Shown here: positions 20,135 through 30,984 of the stretch, in pieces
Numbering within the stretch: position 1 is the stretch's first letter
Layout: each line of letters begins with the position of its first letter
NCBI GenBank assembly: GCA_046155535.1
Contig: JBJXFN010000131.1
Location: 6,699 to 70,698, forward strand
Direction of reading: 5' to 3'
DNA: 64,000 nt
Origin: Burkholderiales bacterium
GTDB taxonomy: Bacteria; Pseudomonadota; Gammaproteobacteria; Burkholderiales; JACQAP01
Notes under the pieces: generated by a model
Seen by the model: only the letters and a program-made list of their open reading frames with translations
What the model was told of the DNA's origin: nothing
The model's database searches: none
Translations under genes and position numbers: made by a program

Positions 20135-21493
20135 ATGTCGATCAAAAAGTTGACAAGTATTGTGTTGGTGTGGGTTGCGGCAGTGCTGAGTGTTCCGGCG
20201 CTGCTGGCGGCGCCTGCGTCGGAAAAAATTCTCGCCAATGGCATGAAAGTCATTGTGAAGGAAGATCATCGCTCGCCGGTGGTGGTGTCGATATTGTGGT
20301 ATCACATCGGCAGCATGGACGAGGTGAGCGGCACATCCGGCGTGGCCCATGTCCTGGAACACATGATGTTCAAGGGCACGGCAAAGGTCGCTGCGGGCGA
20401 GTTTTCAAAAATCATCGCGCGCGCCGGCGGTCGGGACAACGCCTTTACCTCGCGCGACTACACCGGCTATTTCCAACAGTTGCATAAATCAAAATTGCCT
20501 TTGGCCCTGGAACTGGAGGCCGATCGCATGACGAATCTGGCGTTTTCCGACGAAGAATTCGCCAAGGAGATAAAGGTGGTGATGGAAGAGCGCCGGACCC
20601 GCACCGACGACCAGCCGCATGCCCTGTTGCACGAGCAACTCATGGCGACGGCGTTTACCGCACATCCTTATCGCTGGCCGGTGATCGGTTGGATGAACGA
20701 TCTGCAAAACTTGCGCGCGGAACACGCACGGGACTGGTATCGGAAGTGGTATGCCCCGAATAACGCCACCTTGGTGGTGGCCGGCGATGTGCAAGCGCAG
20801 GCGGTTTTTGATCTGGCCTCCTCCCTGTTCGAGTCGATTCCGGCGCGTCCTTTGCCGATCCGGGCCGCGACCGAAGACCCGCGTCAGTTGGGCATCAAGC
20901 GGATTGTGGTCAAGGCGCAGGCTGAACTTCCCTATCTGGCAATGGCCTACCGGGTACCGGTGTTGCGTGATCCGAAAAATGACTGGGAGCCCTATGCGTT
21001 GTCGGTACTGGGCGGGGTTCTGGACGGCGGGAACGCGGCCCGCTTTGAACGCGAGCTGGTGCGGGGTCAACGCATTGCTCATTCGGCAAGTTCGGGTTAT
21101 GACATGGTCAATCGCGGCCCGGGACTCTTCACGCTGGAAGGCGTCCCGGCGACGGGCAAGACGGTCAGTGAACTGGAGCAGGCGTTGCGCGCGCAGGTTC
21201 GCCGTTTGATAGAGGAAGGCATTGACGAAAAGGAGATGCAGCGCGTGCGTGCGCAGGTGATCGCGGCGCAGGTGTTCTCGCAGGATTCGGTGTTCTATCA
21301 GGCGCGGCGCATTGGCGCGCTGGAAACCGCGGGCCTGCCTCACACCAGCGCGGATCTGCAGGTCGCGAAATTGCGCGAAGTGAGCGCCGAACAGGTGCGC
21401 GAGGTCGCGAAGAAATATCTGATCGATGACAATCTGACGGTAGCAGTACTCGATCCGCAGCCCTTGCCGGTGGCAATTACCCATGCAAAATAA
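20135..21493 (+). CDS. M16-family zinc peptidase (active subunit)
   Basis: Signal peptide plus the inverted zinc motif HVLEHMMFKG (HxxEH). Start taken at ATG 20135 within ORF 20126..21493. Confidence 0.85.
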   Translation: MSIKKLTSIVLVWVAAVLSVPALLAAPASEKILANGMKVIVKEDHRSPVVVSILWYHIGSMDEVSGTSGVAHVLEHMMFKGTAKVAAGEFSKIIARAGGRDNAFTSRDYTGYFQQLHKSKLPLALELEADRMTNLAFSDEEFAKEIKVVMEERRTRTDDQPHALLHEQLMATAFTAHPYRWPVIGWMNDLQNLRAEHARDWYRKWYAPNNATLVVAGDVQAQAVFDLASSLFESIPARPLPIRAATEDPRQLGIKRIVVKAQAELPYLAMAYRVPVLRDPKNDWEPYALSVLGGVLDGGNAARFERELVRGQRIAHSASSGYDMVNRGPGLFTLEGVPATGKTVSELEQALRAQVRRLIEEGIDEKEMQRVRAQVIAAQVFSQDSVFYQARRIGALETAGLPHTSADLQVAKLREVSAEQVREVAKKYLIDDNLTVAVLDPQPLPVAITHAK

Positions 21494-22838
21494 ATGGAGT
21501 CCCGGGAAGTCTGCCGGAACGTTCTGGAAACTGGCGCTGCTCCTTGGCTTGTGGCAGGGTTGGTCGGAGTCGGTGCTTGCCGCGCTGCCGATCGAGCAGT
21601 GGCGCACCGCGGCGGGGGCCCGCGTGCTGTTTGTACAAACGCATGATCTGCCGATGCTCGACGTGACGATCGATTTTCCCGCCGGGGCAAGCCGCGATCC
21701 GGACGGACGTTCCGGCCTGGCGGCCATGACGCTCAGGCTGATGCGCATGGGCGCGGAGAACATCGGCGAAGAAGAAATTTCGGCGCGACTGGCCGATGCC
21801 GGCGCCGAAATGTCCGGCCGTTTTGACGTGGACCGAGCCGGATACTCGATTCGCACACTGTCCAGCCTTCGCGAACGCACGGACGCTCTGGCGATACTGG
21901 CGGCGGTGGTGCAGCGGCCACGGTTCCCGGCCGAGGCACTGGCACGTGAAAAGGAGCGCACGCTGGCCGGGTTGCGGGAATCCGATACCAAACCGGAGAC
22001 CATTGCGGCGCGGGAGTTCCGGCGCCTGGTTTACGGAGCCCATCCCTATGCGCAGTCGGAATCCGGAGAAATCGCCACCGTATCTTTGATTGCGCAGGCC
22101 GAGTTGGCGGAATTCCATCGCCGCCATTACGTTGCCGGCCAGGCGATTATTTCCATTATCGGCGACGCGACCTCAGAAGTGGCGCACGCGATAGCGGAGC
22201 AGTTGAGCGGCGGATTGCAGCGCGGTGAGGGCGCGCTCGCGGCCATGCCACCCGTTGTGGGGATCCGCGAATCCAGTGTGCGCCGTGTCGAACATCCGGC
22301 TTCCCAGGCCCACATTGTGATCGGTCAACCCGGGATCAAACGCCTGGATCCGGATTATTTTCCTCTGTGGCTGGGGAATTATGTGCTCGGCGGCGGTGGT
22401 TTTTCCTCGCGCTTGAACGCGGAGATCCGCCAGAAACGCGGGTTTGCATACAGTGCCTACAGCTATTTCAGCCCCCTGATGCTCGAGGGCCCTTTTCAGA
22501 TCGGCCTGCAAACACGCAAGGATCAAGCGGAGGAAGCACTGAAAGTGGCCAGGGAAACGCTGGCGCGATTTATCGCCGAGGGTCCCACGCAGGAAGAACT
22601 GGATGCCGCCAAACAGAATATCGTCGGAAGCTTCCCGCTCAGAATCGACAGTAATCGCAAAATTCTCGAATATCTTTCCCTGATCGGTTTTTATCGGTTG
22701 CCGCCGACCTACCTCGATGATTTTCCGGCCGCCATCGAGCGCGTGACGCTTTCGCAAGTGAAGGAGGCCTTCCAGCGGCGCATTCATCCCGAGCGTATGG
22801 TCACGGTGGTGGTGGGCGCGGCACCGGGTTCCCGCTGA
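21483..22838 (+). CDS. M16-family peptidase-like protein (second, probably non-catalytic subunit)
   Basis: 451 aa with a signal peptide and M16 fold-like sequence, but no HxxEH seen. Overlaps the upstream M16 gene by 11 nt. Confidence 0.78.
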   Translation: MQNKWSPGKSAGTFWKLALLLGLWQGWSESVLAALPIEQWRTAAGARVLFVQTHDLPMLDVTIDFPAGASRDPDGRSGLAAMTLRLMRMGAENIGEEEISARLADAGAEMSGRFDVDRAGYSIRTLSSLRERTDALAILAAVVQRPRFPAEALAREKERTLAGLRESDTKPETIAAREFRRLVYGAHPYAQSESGEIATVSLIAQAELAEFHRRHYVAGQAIISIIGDATSEVAHAIAEQLSGGLQRGEGALAAMPPVVGIRESSVRRVEHPASQAHIVIGQPGIKRLDPDYFPLWLGNYVLGGGGFSSRLNAEIRQKRGFAYSAYSYFSPLMLEGPFQIGLQTRKDQAEEALKVARETLARFIAEGPTQEELDAAKQNIVGSFPLRIDSNRKILEYLSLIGFYRLPPTYLDDFPAAIERVTLSQVKEAFQRRIHPERMVTVVVGAAPGSR

Positions 22839-22848
22839 AACGGTTTAC

Positions 22849-23418
22849 ATGGGACCGGCGCGGCGACGCGGGGAGAAGACGAGCCAGGTGCGCATTATCG
22901 GAGGCGATTGGCGCAGCCGTCTGATCCGTTTTCCCTGCGTGGAGGGATTACGGCCCACGCCTGACCGGGTCCGGGAAACCTTGTTCAACTGGTTGGGTCA
23001 GGACCTCACCGGGCAGACTTGCCTGGATCTGTTTGCCGGCAGCGGCGCCTTGGGATTCGAAGCAGCCTCACGCGGCGCGCATTCGGTAGTGATGGTGGAA
23101 TCCAATCCTCAGGCGGCCGAAGCCCTGCGCACAAACCGCGCATTGCTGGCCGGCGAACAAGTGGAAATTTTTCAGGCCGACGCACTTGCGTTCCTGCGCG
23201 CAGAGATGCGCCGCTTCGATCGGGTGTTTCTCGACCCCCCGTATCGCCTGAATATGCTGCCCGACGTACTGGCACATCTGCCGCCAAGGCTGGCGCCTGG
23301 CGCCCGAGTCTTTCTGGAAACGGATCGCTTGCCGCAGTTGTGCTCGCAATGGGTCCGACTCAAGTACAGCCGCACAGGGCAGGTCCAGGGGCTGCTGCTA
23401 GAATGGCAACCGACATGA
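22849..23418 (+). CDS. rsmD: 16S rRNA (guanine966-N2)-methyltransferase
   Basis: Motifs [29 protein letters not shown] and DPPY. Confidence 0.88.
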   Translation: MGPARRRGEKTSQVRIIGGDWRSRLIRFPCVEGLRPTPDRVRETLFNWLGQDLTGQTCLDLFAGSGALGFEAASRGAHSVVMVESNPQAAEALRTNRALLAGEQVEIFQADALAFLRAEMRRFDRVFLDPPYRLNMLPDVLAHLPPRLAPGARVFLETDRLPQLCSQWVRLKYSRTGQVQGLLLEWQPT

Positions 23419-23906
23419 AGAGCCCCCTTGGCCGGGCGATCTATCCCGGCACATTCGATCCGATCACGCGTGGCCACGAAGATCTGGTGCGGCGGGCGGC
23501 CGCCATGTTTGAGGAAGTCATCGTGGCGGTGGCCGACAGCCGGGGCAAACTGCCGTTTTTCGAGACCCACGAAAGAGTCGCCATCGCACGAGAAACCCTT
23601 GCACCGTTTGGCAACGTTCGGGTGGAAGGGTTCTCCGGCTTGTTGATGGACTTCCTTCGCAAGCAGAACGCGCGCATCATTTTGCGCGGTTTGCGCGCGG
23701 TGTCAGATTTCGAATACGAATTCCAGATGGCGGGCATGAACCGCAAGCTCCATCCCGACGTGGAAACCCTGTTCCTGACGCCGGCCGAACAATACACATT
23801 CATTTCGGCCACCATGGTCCGCGAAATTGCCTCCCTGGGCGGCAATGTTTCGCCGTTTGTCAATCCGCTGGTGTTGCCGCACCTCAAAGCCAGGCTGGCG
23901 CGTTAG
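23415..23906 (+). CDS. coaD: pantetheine-phosphate adenylyltransferase
   Basis: ATG at 23415 overlaps the rsmD stop. [12 protein letters not shown] nucleotidyltransferase motif. 163 aa. Confidence 0.92.
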   Translation: MKSPLGRAIYPGTFDPITRGHEDLVRRAAAMFEEVIVAVADSRGKLPFFETHERVAIARETLAPFGNVRVEGFSGLLMDFLRKQNARIILRGLRAVSDFEYEFQMAGMNRKLHPDVETLFLTPAEQYTFISATMVREIASLGGNVSPFVNPLVLPHLKARLAR

Positions 23907-24173
<267 letters not shown>

Positions 24174-24189
24174 GAACAGATCGCGCCTG

Positions 24190-25005
24190 TCAGCGCTGGC
24201 AGGTGGGGCAGAAAAACGTGGCGCGTTGCCCTTGACGGATCATCCTGACCGGCGTTCCGCAGACGGTACAGGGTTGTCGCTCCCGCCCGTATACCCGATG
24301 CAGCGTCTGAAATCCGCCTGCTCGTCCGTCACTTCCCACGTAATTGCGCAGGGTGCTGCCGCCGGCGTCGATGGCCGCGCTCAGGGTTTGGCGGATGGCC
24401 GCAACCAGGGCATCACAGCGGGCGCGGGAAATCCGTCCGGCTGCCGCGCGGGGGCTGATTCGCGCCAGAAACAAGGATTCGCTGGCGTAAATATTTCCCA
24501 CCCCCGTTACGACGAGATTGTCCATGATCAGATTCTTGATCGCCACGCGGCGCCCGCGGCTGGCATGGTAAATCCACTCTCCGGTGAACTCGGCGCCCAG
24601 CGGTTCGGGCGCGAGGCGAGCGAGCAGAGGATGCTGCAGAGGGTCACCCGGGGACCACAGTACCGCGCCAAAACGGCGAGGATCGGTCAACCGAAGCACC
24701 CGGCCGGACCGGAGCACCAGATCGAAATGATCGTGTTTTCCTGCAGGCCGATTCTGTGCAAGCAATCGCAGGCTGCCGGACATTCCCAGATGAACAATCA
24801 TCCATCCCGAGCCACAATCAAACAAAAGGTATTTACCGCGACGCTGAAGCTGGCGGATCACGCTGCCACGAAGGACTCCGGCCAGCTCTGACGGAATCGG
24901 CCAGCGCAAAGCCCGGTTGCGGACAATTGCATCGCGGATTTGTTGCCCCTCGAGATGGGGGGACAGGCCACGGCGGGTGGATTCGACTTCAGGAAGTTCC
25001 GGCAC
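24190..25005 (-). CDS. mutM: formamidopyrimidine-DNA glycosylase
   Basis: N-terminal MPELPEVE and a C-terminal zinc finger (CTVCGTP...FFCPTCQ). Confidence 0.93.
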   Translation of the reverse strand: MPELPEVESTRRGLSPHLEGQQIRDAIVRNRALRWPIPSELAGVLRGSVIRQLQRRGKYLLFDCGSGWMIVHLGMSGSLRLLAQNRPAGKHDHFDLVLRSGRVLRLTDPRRFGAVLWSPGDPLQHPLLARLAPEPLGAEFTGEWIYHASRGRRVAIKNLIMDNLVVTGVGNIYASESLFLARISPRAAAGRISRARCDALVAAIRQTLSAAIDAGGSTLRNYVGSDGRAGGFQTLHRVYGRERQPCTVCGTPVRMIRQGQRATFFCPTCQR

Positions 25006-25014
25006 GCCGGCGAC

Positions 25015-25896
25015 TTACTTTTCCGCGACGCGGGCGGGATCCAGCAGGCGCTGCCCTGTCTCGTTCCCCACGCGGTAGACAAGCTTGCGGTCGGCGCGGT
25101 ACATCTGCAGCTCTGTGCCGGTGCGTTTGATTCTCAGCCCTGCGGATTTGCCATTGGCAAAATGCACAGTGAGCGATTGATCCGCAGCCGGCACGCCCGC
25201 AGCAGGTTCTGCGGTGAGCGCGGAGGTATGCCGCCATTCGTCGGCCCAGCGATTCAGGTTGTCCTGGGAAGGCGGTGTGGCCAGTGTCGCTGGCGCTTTG
25301 CCCTCTATGGACCATGCGCCTTTTTCATTACGCCCGATATGGTACGTTCCGAAGTCGAAACGCACGGGTTGCTCTGCTTCGTCCAGCAGTTTTCTGCTGA
25401 TCAGAATATTGACGCTGGCAGGGATGCCATAACCGTAGAACGGCGGCACCAGGTAAACGGCTTCGCCATAACCAAGATACTGCTCGTTGGTAATTTCGTT
25501 GATGCGGCCGAATGAAAATACCTCGTCGTTCAAAAAAACTTTCACCGCCGCTGGATCGAGCCCGAATTGCGCACGGCCCGTGTCCGGCAATTTCCCGGAA
25601 GCGGTCATGGCAACCATGTCGATTACGCGATCGATCTGATGCGTATCCGCCTGCGTTTGCAGGGGCGCGGTGATCTGCCAGCCGGTTGCCTGGCGCACCA
25701 GCTGAATGGCCGGGCTTCCCTGGCGCTCGATTTTCACGCGATCGACACTTTCGCGAGTGGCCTGGGAAAGTTTGATGGTGGGTCGCGTTTCGCTGTTCTT
25801 GGGGCGCAGGTACGAGAACAGCACCAATGCCAGCAGACCCAGCACCAGAACAATATTCAGGGCAACGCGGGATTTCATGCTTTGCGTCGATGCCAC
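25015..25896 (-). CDS. DUF4340-like protein (signal-anchored), last gene of the ABC/GldG operon
   Basis: 293 aa with an N-terminal TM/signal (VALNIVLVLGLLALVLF). Its position after a GldG-like gene is typical of DUF4340. The assignment is from memory of the family architecture. Confidence 0.55.
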   Translation of the reverse strand: MASTQSMKSRVALNIVLVLGLLALVLFSYLRPKNSETRPTIKLSQATRESVDRVKIERQGSPAIQLVRQATGWQITAPLQTQADTHQIDRVIDMVAMTASGKLPDTGRAQFGLDPAAVKVFLNDEVFSFGRINEITNEQYLGYGEAVYLVPPFYGYGIPASVNILISRKLLDEAEQPVRFDFGTYHIGRNEKGAWSIEGKAPATLATPPSQDNLNRWADEWRHTSALTAEPAAGVPAADQSLTVHFANGKSAGLRIKRTGTELQMYRADRKLVYRVGNETGQRLLDPARVAEK

Positions 25897-27224
25897 CAGA
25901 TCCAGCCGCCAGCAATCAGAAACGCCAGCGGCAGGCCGATGAGGAATCCCAGCCCAATCATCGACAGGGCGCCTCGCGAAAATTCCAGAGTCAGGTCGCC
26001 CCGGACCCTTGGCTGCACTGTGATCAAGGCCTCGTCGCCGGCCAGCCAGTTGATCATGTTGATGCCCAGGTCGAGATTGCCCAGCGTGCCGATATATTGG
26101 TTGGCCAGAAAATGTCCGCTGCCCACCAGTACGACGCGTTGCTTACGATCCGCGACATCGCGTTCCAGGGTGGCCGCGACGATAATCGGACCACGAGTGT
26201 CGCTGCCGGGGTCAAACGTGACGTTTTGCGGAATGCCGCTGCTTTCCAGCCAACCGCCCTGGGCCACCTCGACCAAGGGCGAAAATATCCACTTGGATTC
26301 TTTTGTCGTGGCAATCTGGCGCGCATGTGGAAACACACTGGTTACCGTGGAGTTTTCGGTAATCCGATGGCGCCCGTATTGGGTGGCCAAGGCGAAGGTC
26401 GCCGGCAGTTTCAAGCCGCCGGCTTGCGGGTCGATCACTACTCCGCTTGGCAAGCGCAGTCCGAGTTCATCTGCCACCGGCTGCAAGCCCCGAATGGATT
26501 CGGTATCGATCAGCCAGAGCAGGCTGCCGCCTTTTGCCAGCCACTTGCGAAGTTTGGCGGTTTCGCCGGGCAGAACGTCCACGCGCGGGCTGGCAATCAC
26601 CAATACCGAAACGTTGTCCGGGATGTCCTGTGCCAGGGCCAGATTCAGCGGCGCGGTGCGAAATCCCTTGTTGCGCATTTGGGCGCCGAATTCGCCCAGG
26701 TCATGATTGGCATTGCCGTCCAGTTTTCGTTCCCCATGCCCGTCCAGATAAACGATTTGGCGTTCGGCGGATCGCGCCAACCGCAGCAGCAGATTGGCCA
26801 GATCCTGCTCGGTGAGAGACGTCAGATGTTCGTTGCGTCCGTTGTATTCGACCACCAGTTCGCCGTTGGCGCGAATGCCGGCAGCCTGGGCCTTTTGTGG
26901 CTGTTCGCGCGGATCGATGAAGTGCAATTCGAGATCCGATTTGGCCCGCTGGAAGGGGCCCAGAAAGGTCTGCACCGTTTTGCGTACATCGCCTTCGGCA
27001 TCCTGGGCGGTGGCGTAAGCGGTGATTTTCACCGGACCGGCAAGGCTCTTCAGAACATCGGCCGACGCCTGCGACAGGGTGTTGCGTTTGCCTTGTGTCA
27101 AATCCCACTGGGTCTTGATGTCTTTGGTCAGCCAGCCCGCCGTCATGACCAGGCCAAGCAGCAAGCCGACAAATATCCCATTCTGAATAAGGATTTGAAA
27201 CCGCAGGGAACGATTGACTTTCAT
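25875..27224 (-). CDS. GldG-like ABC transporter auxiliary protein
   Basis: 449 aa with N- and C-terminal TM anchors flanking a large periplasmic domain. Overlaps its neighbours by 4 and 22 nt. Confidence 0.7.
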   Translation of the reverse strand: MKVNRSLRFQILIQNGIFVGLLLGLVMTAGWLTKDIKTQWDLTQGKRNTLSQASADVLKSLAGPVKITAYATAQDAEGDVRKTVQTFLGPFQRAKSDLELHFIDPREQPQKAQAAGIRANGELVVEYNGRNEHLTSLTEQDLANLLLRLARSAERQIVYLDGHGERKLDGNANHDLGEFGAQMRNKGFRTAPLNLALAQDIPDNVSVLVIASPRVDVLPGETAKLRKWLAKGGSLLWLIDTESIRGLQPVADELGLRLPSGVVIDPQAGGLKLPATFALATQYGRHRITENSTVTSVFPHARQIATTKESKWIFSPLVEVAQGGWLESSGIPQNVTFDPGSDTRGPIIVAATLERDVADRKQRVVLVGSGHFLANQYIGTLGNLDLGINMINWLAGDEALITVQPRVRGDLTLEFSRGALSMIGLGFLIGLPLAFLIAGGWIWWHRRKA

Positions 27225-27964
27225 GCGCGTAGACGGTCGGCATCAAGACGCCGGATCGAAAGAATGAGGAAGGTGACGGTGAGCAGGGCGAAATAAATCA
27301 GATCGGTTGCCGCGATGGAACCGTTCATGAACGTTTCGTAATGCTTGAGCAGCGAAAACAAATGCGCCGGGCTGGCGGGATCGGAGGCCGCGATGTTGAT
27401 CAGCCAAAGCACCAGAAACGCCGCCAGGGTACCGATCGCCGCCACGACCGGATGGGTGGTCAGACAGGAGACGAACAGCCCGATGGCGGCGAAGCTGCCG
27501 GTCAGCAGCAACAGCCCGGCCAGATTGGCCAGCAACAATCCGGTATCCAGGGTACCGCCCATCAGCAGCGACAGCGCCATCAAGGCAATCAAGGCGCATA
27601 CCAGCGCCAGAAACGCGACGGTGGCAAGAAATTTTCCGACAATGATCGCGGTCATGGAGATCGGCGCTGACATGAGCATCGGCATGGTCTGGTTACGCCT
27701 TTCCTCTGCGATCAGGCGCATGGTCAGTAGCGGCACCGACATGAGCAAAACAATCGAGGCGATGCCGAACATTGGCACCACCACGATTTCGGTCAGTCCG
27801 GGCGCATTGGGCACACGGGCCAGCTGCGACTGAATGGATAGAAAATAATCGATGCGCGTGAGAAATATCCAACCCAGAATGGCCTGCAGGAACGCAAGAA
27901 CCACCCACGCCAGGGGAGAAGAAAACAGGGCGCGTAATTCCTTGCCAACAATGGTGCCGATCAT
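27221..27964 (-). CDS. ABC-2 type transporter permease
   Basis: ATG at 27964 (MIGTIVGKELRALF) overlaps the ATPase stop. Six hydrophobic segments. Confidence 0.8.
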   Translation of the reverse strand: MIGTIVGKELRALFSSPLAWVVLAFLQAILGWIFLTRIDYFLSIQSQLARVPNAPGLTEIVVVPMFGIASIVLLMSVPLLTMRLIAEERRNQTMPMLMSAPISMTAIIVGKFLATVAFLALVCALIALMALSLLMGGTLDTGLLLANLAGLLLLTGSFAAIGLFVSCLTTHPVVAAIGTLAAFLVLWLINIAASDPASPAHLFSLLKHYETFMNGSIAATDLIYFALLTVTFLILSIRRLDADRLRA

Positions 27965-28923
27965 GGAGAGGCCTCCTGGCCGCTTTCCTCGCGGTGCGTC
28001 AAATGAACAAAAACTTCCTCCAGGCTGGCTTGCGCCGGCTGCAACTGGAACAGGCCCCAACCACGCTCCACCGAGGCGCGCACCAGGGCATCGGTTGGAT
28101 CGGCCCCGGGCGCGGGGCGCAATCGGAAAATGGTTTCACTGACCGCTTCTACGGGTACCCCGTCAGCAAGGGCGGAAATGTCGGCCGGCGACGGCGGGTT
28201 GCGCAGGCCAATCTGCAACGCTGCACCGCCACGGAACTTTTTCAGCGCGTCGATGGAATCGTTGAACACCACTTCGCCCCGGTGAAGAATCTGCACCCGG
28301 TCGCAAACGGCTTCCACTTCCGGGAGGATGTGGGTGGACAAGATCAGGCTGTGGTCGCGTCCGAGTTCTCGAATCAGCGTGCGGATTTCGCGGATCGGGT
28401 TGGGGTCGAGGCCGATGGTCGGTTCATCCAGAATGATGACGTCGGGATCGTGGATGATGGCCTGTGCGATGCCCACCCGCTGTTGGTAGCCTTTTGAGAG
28501 GGAACCGATCAGGCGGCCGGACATGTCGTCCAGTCCGCAGCGCGATTTTGCCTTGGCCACTGCCTTGGCCAGGGCAATTTTCGGCACCTTGTGCAATCGT
28601 CCGGCCAGTCGCAGAAATTCGTCCACTTTGAGGTCTTTGTAAAGCGGAGGAATTTCGGGCAGATAGCCGATGCGGGCCTTGGCGGCGGTGGGGCGCTCCA
28701 TCAAATCGATGCCGCAGATGCTGACTTCGCCACGCGAGGGCGCCAGATTGCCGGTCAGCATGCGCATGGTGGTGGTCTTGCCGGCTCCGTTGGGGCCCAG
28801 CAGGCCCAGCACTTCGCCTCGCCTGAGTTGCAGCGATACCTCGCGTACTGCCAGGTTGGCGCCGAAGTTGCGCGACAGCGACTGTGCGGAAACGGTTAAC
28901 TCCGAGCTTGCAGGGATGTTCAT
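27961..28923 (-). CDS. ABC transporter ATP-binding protein
   Basis: Walker A GPNGAGKTT, signature LSKGYQQR, Walker B IILDEPT. Confidence 0.9.
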   Translation of the reverse strand: MNIPASSELTVSAQSLSRNFGANLAVREVSLQLRRGEVLGLLGPNGAGKTTTMRMLTGNLAPSRGEVSICGIDLMERPTAAKARIGYLPEIPPLYKDLKVDEFLRLAGRLHKVPKIALAKAVAKAKSRCGLDDMSGRLIGSLSKGYQQRVGIAQAIIHDPDVIILDEPTIGLDPNPIREIRTLIRELGRDHSLILSTHILPEVEAVCDRVQILHRGEVVFNDSIDALKKFRGGAALQIGLRNPPSPADISALADGVPVEAVSETIFRLRPAPGADPTDALVRASVERGWGLFQLQPAQASLEEVFVHLTHREESGQEASP

Positions 28924-29157
28924 GCTCTCGCTTTAATTTTCTGCTTAAATTTTGTGTAACTTTCCTGCCCGCGTATGTCCCGGATTGCGGGCGCCGACAG
29001 GGTCAGGAACTTGCCGGCAAGGGCAAGTTCGCTTGTGACGGGCGCCAAATATACCTAAACTGACCGCTGGTTAGAAGAACCTCCGCGTCTAAATCTTCCT
29101 CGCGGGTCATCGAAGGAAGAGTTTCGATCCCAATCCTTACCAGCGACACAATTGACG

Positions 29158-30975
29158 ATGCCCGTTTCCCGCCTGCGATTTTATCCGTTGTCGATCTTCA
29201 TCCTGATCGCAGTGTGGGGCTGTGCCCGGATGTCCGGCCCCGGCACGGCTTCCAGCCTCGCGCCCGAAATGGCGGCCGCGCAAAGTGATGTCAATCTTTC
29301 GGCGCAGGCGGGGGAATCGACGGAAGATTTCGAAGAACGGGCGCGAAAGGTGTTTGGCACCCGGTCCCTGGCACGGGAAGGTACGGGCCAGGGGTTGGGC
29401 GGCGAATTCCTGTACAAATTTCTGCTTGGCGAAATTGCCACCCAGCGCGGCGATATCCCGGTGGCGGCAAAGGCTTTCCTCGATCTGGCGAAATCGACTC
29501 GGGATCCTCGCCTGGCCCGACGGGCGACGGAAGTGGCCTTGTTTGGCCGGCTCCATGACCAAGCCTTGGAAGCGGCGCGCATCTGGCTGGAGGTAGAGCC
29601 GCAGTCCACGCCGGCGCGGCAGACGCTTGCGGCCCTGTACGTCGGCAAGAACGACCTGCGCTCGGCCAAGCCCTTGTTGCAGGAAATGCTGGCCCGGGAC
29701 AAAGAAAGTTTGCCGCAGGCGCTGTTGCAGTTAAATGCGTTGCTGGGCAAACACGCGGACAAGATCGCCGCGCAGAACCTGGTCCGGGAATTGGCCGCGC
29801 CCTATTCGAAATTGCCGGAAGCGCACTATGCGCTCGCTCAAGCGGCCTATGCGGCGGGAAAGTCCGCTGAGGCGCTCACTGAAGTCCGCGAAGCTTTGCG
29901 ACTGCGGCCACAGTGGGAAAGCGGTGCATTGTTTCAAGCCCAGATTCTGGCCGCGGAATCGAAGGGCAAAGCGCTTGATTACCTGAAGGCTTACCTTTCC
30001 TCCCATCCTGCGGCGCAGGAAGTGCGCCTGACCTACGCGCGGCAACTGATTGGTGACAAGCAACTGCCGCAGGCCAGAGAGCAATTCCAGCAGTTGTTGC
30101 AGGCCAATCCGGAAAACGGCGAAATTGCCGTGACCGTCGCGCTGTTGTCCCTGCAAATTGGCGATCTCGATGCCGCGGAAAGCCAGCTCCAACGCGTGCT
30201 ACAGATGAACTACAAGGACCCGGACGCGATCCGCTTCCACCTCGGGCAGGTGGCCGAAGAGCGCAAGCGTCTCGATACCGCCGAACAGTGGTATCTGTCG
30301 GTGCAGGGCGGCGAGCAATACGTGGCGGCCCATGCGAGGTATGCCTTCCTGCTGGCGAAGCAGAACCGCATCGCCGAGGCGCGCGAGCATCTGCAAAAAC
30401 TCCCGGTGCTGGCCGATGGTCAGCGCATCCAGGTTGTGCAGTCCGAAGCGCAGTTGATGCGTGAAGTGGGTGCATACGAAGACTCTTATGTGATCCTGCA
30501 GACCGCGCTGGACAAGGAGCCTGATCACCCCGAATTGCTTTACGACGTGGCACTGGCTGCGGAGAAGGTGAATCGGCTGGAGATCGTGGAAACCAACTTA
30601 AAGCGGTTGATTGCGATGCGGCCTGATCATGCGCAGGCCTACAACGCGCTGGGTTATACGCTGGCCGATCGAACCGAGCGGTTTGCGGAGGCGCGCGAAT
30701 ATATTGTGAAAGCCTTGCAATTGGCGCCAGACGATCCCTTCATTCTGGACAGCATGGGTTGGGTGGAGTACCGGCTGGGTCGCCTGGACGCCAGCATGGA
30801 CTTTTTGCAGCAGGCGTTTCGTCAACGGCAGGATCCCGAGATTGCCGCGCATCTCGGTGAGGTCCTCTGGGCCAAAGGACAGAAGCAGGAAGCAGAACGC
30901 GTCTGGCGCGACTCTTTGCGCGACAACCCCGAAAACGAAGAATTGAAAAAGACCATCCGGAAATTCTTGCCCTGA
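29158..30975 (+). CDS. TPR-repeat lipoprotein
   Basis: Lipobox AVWGC followed by many TPR-like repeats. Conserved position upstream of lolB. Confidence 0.75.
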   Translation: MPVSRLRFYPLSIFILIAVWGCARMSGPGTASSLAPEMAAAQSDVNLSAQAGESTEDFEERARKVFGTRSLAREGTGQGLGGEFLYKFLLGEIATQRGDIPVAAKAFLDLAKSTRDPRLARRATEVALFGRLHDQALEAARIWLEVEPQSTPARQTLAALYVGKNDLRSAKPLLQEMLARDKESLPQALLQLNALLGKHADKIAAQNLVRELAAPYSKLPEAHYALAQAAYAAGKSAEALTEVREALRLRPQWESGALFQAQILAAESKGKALDYLKAYLSSHPAAQEVRLTYARQLIGDKQLPQAREQFQQLLQANPENGEIAVTVALLSLQIGDLDAAESQLQRVLQMNYKDPDAIRFHLGQVAEERKRLDTAEQWYLSVQGGEQYVAAHARYAFLLAKQNRIAEAREHLQKLPVLADGQRIQVVQSEAQLMREVGAYEDSYVILQTALDKEPDHPELLYDVALAAEKVNRLEIVETNLKRLIAMRPDHAQAYNALGYTLADRTERFAEAREYIVKALQLAPDDPFILDSMGWVEYRLGRLDASMDFLQQAFRQRQDPEIAAHLGEVLWAKGQKQEAERVWRDSLRDNPENEELKKTIRKFLP

Positions 30976-30984
30976 AAGCGGACG

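Noticed and set aside
20489-22003. 504-aa ORF antisense to the two M16 peptidase genes. Similar long antisense ORFs lie at 4283..5497, 5092..6273, 25827..27296, 43506..44753, 44741..45997 and 48054..49334.
   Set aside because: Their translations are Arg/Pro/Gly/Ala-rich, low-complexity and motif-free. Each lies opposite a gene with clear family motifs. These are typical shadow ORFs of GC-rich DNA.
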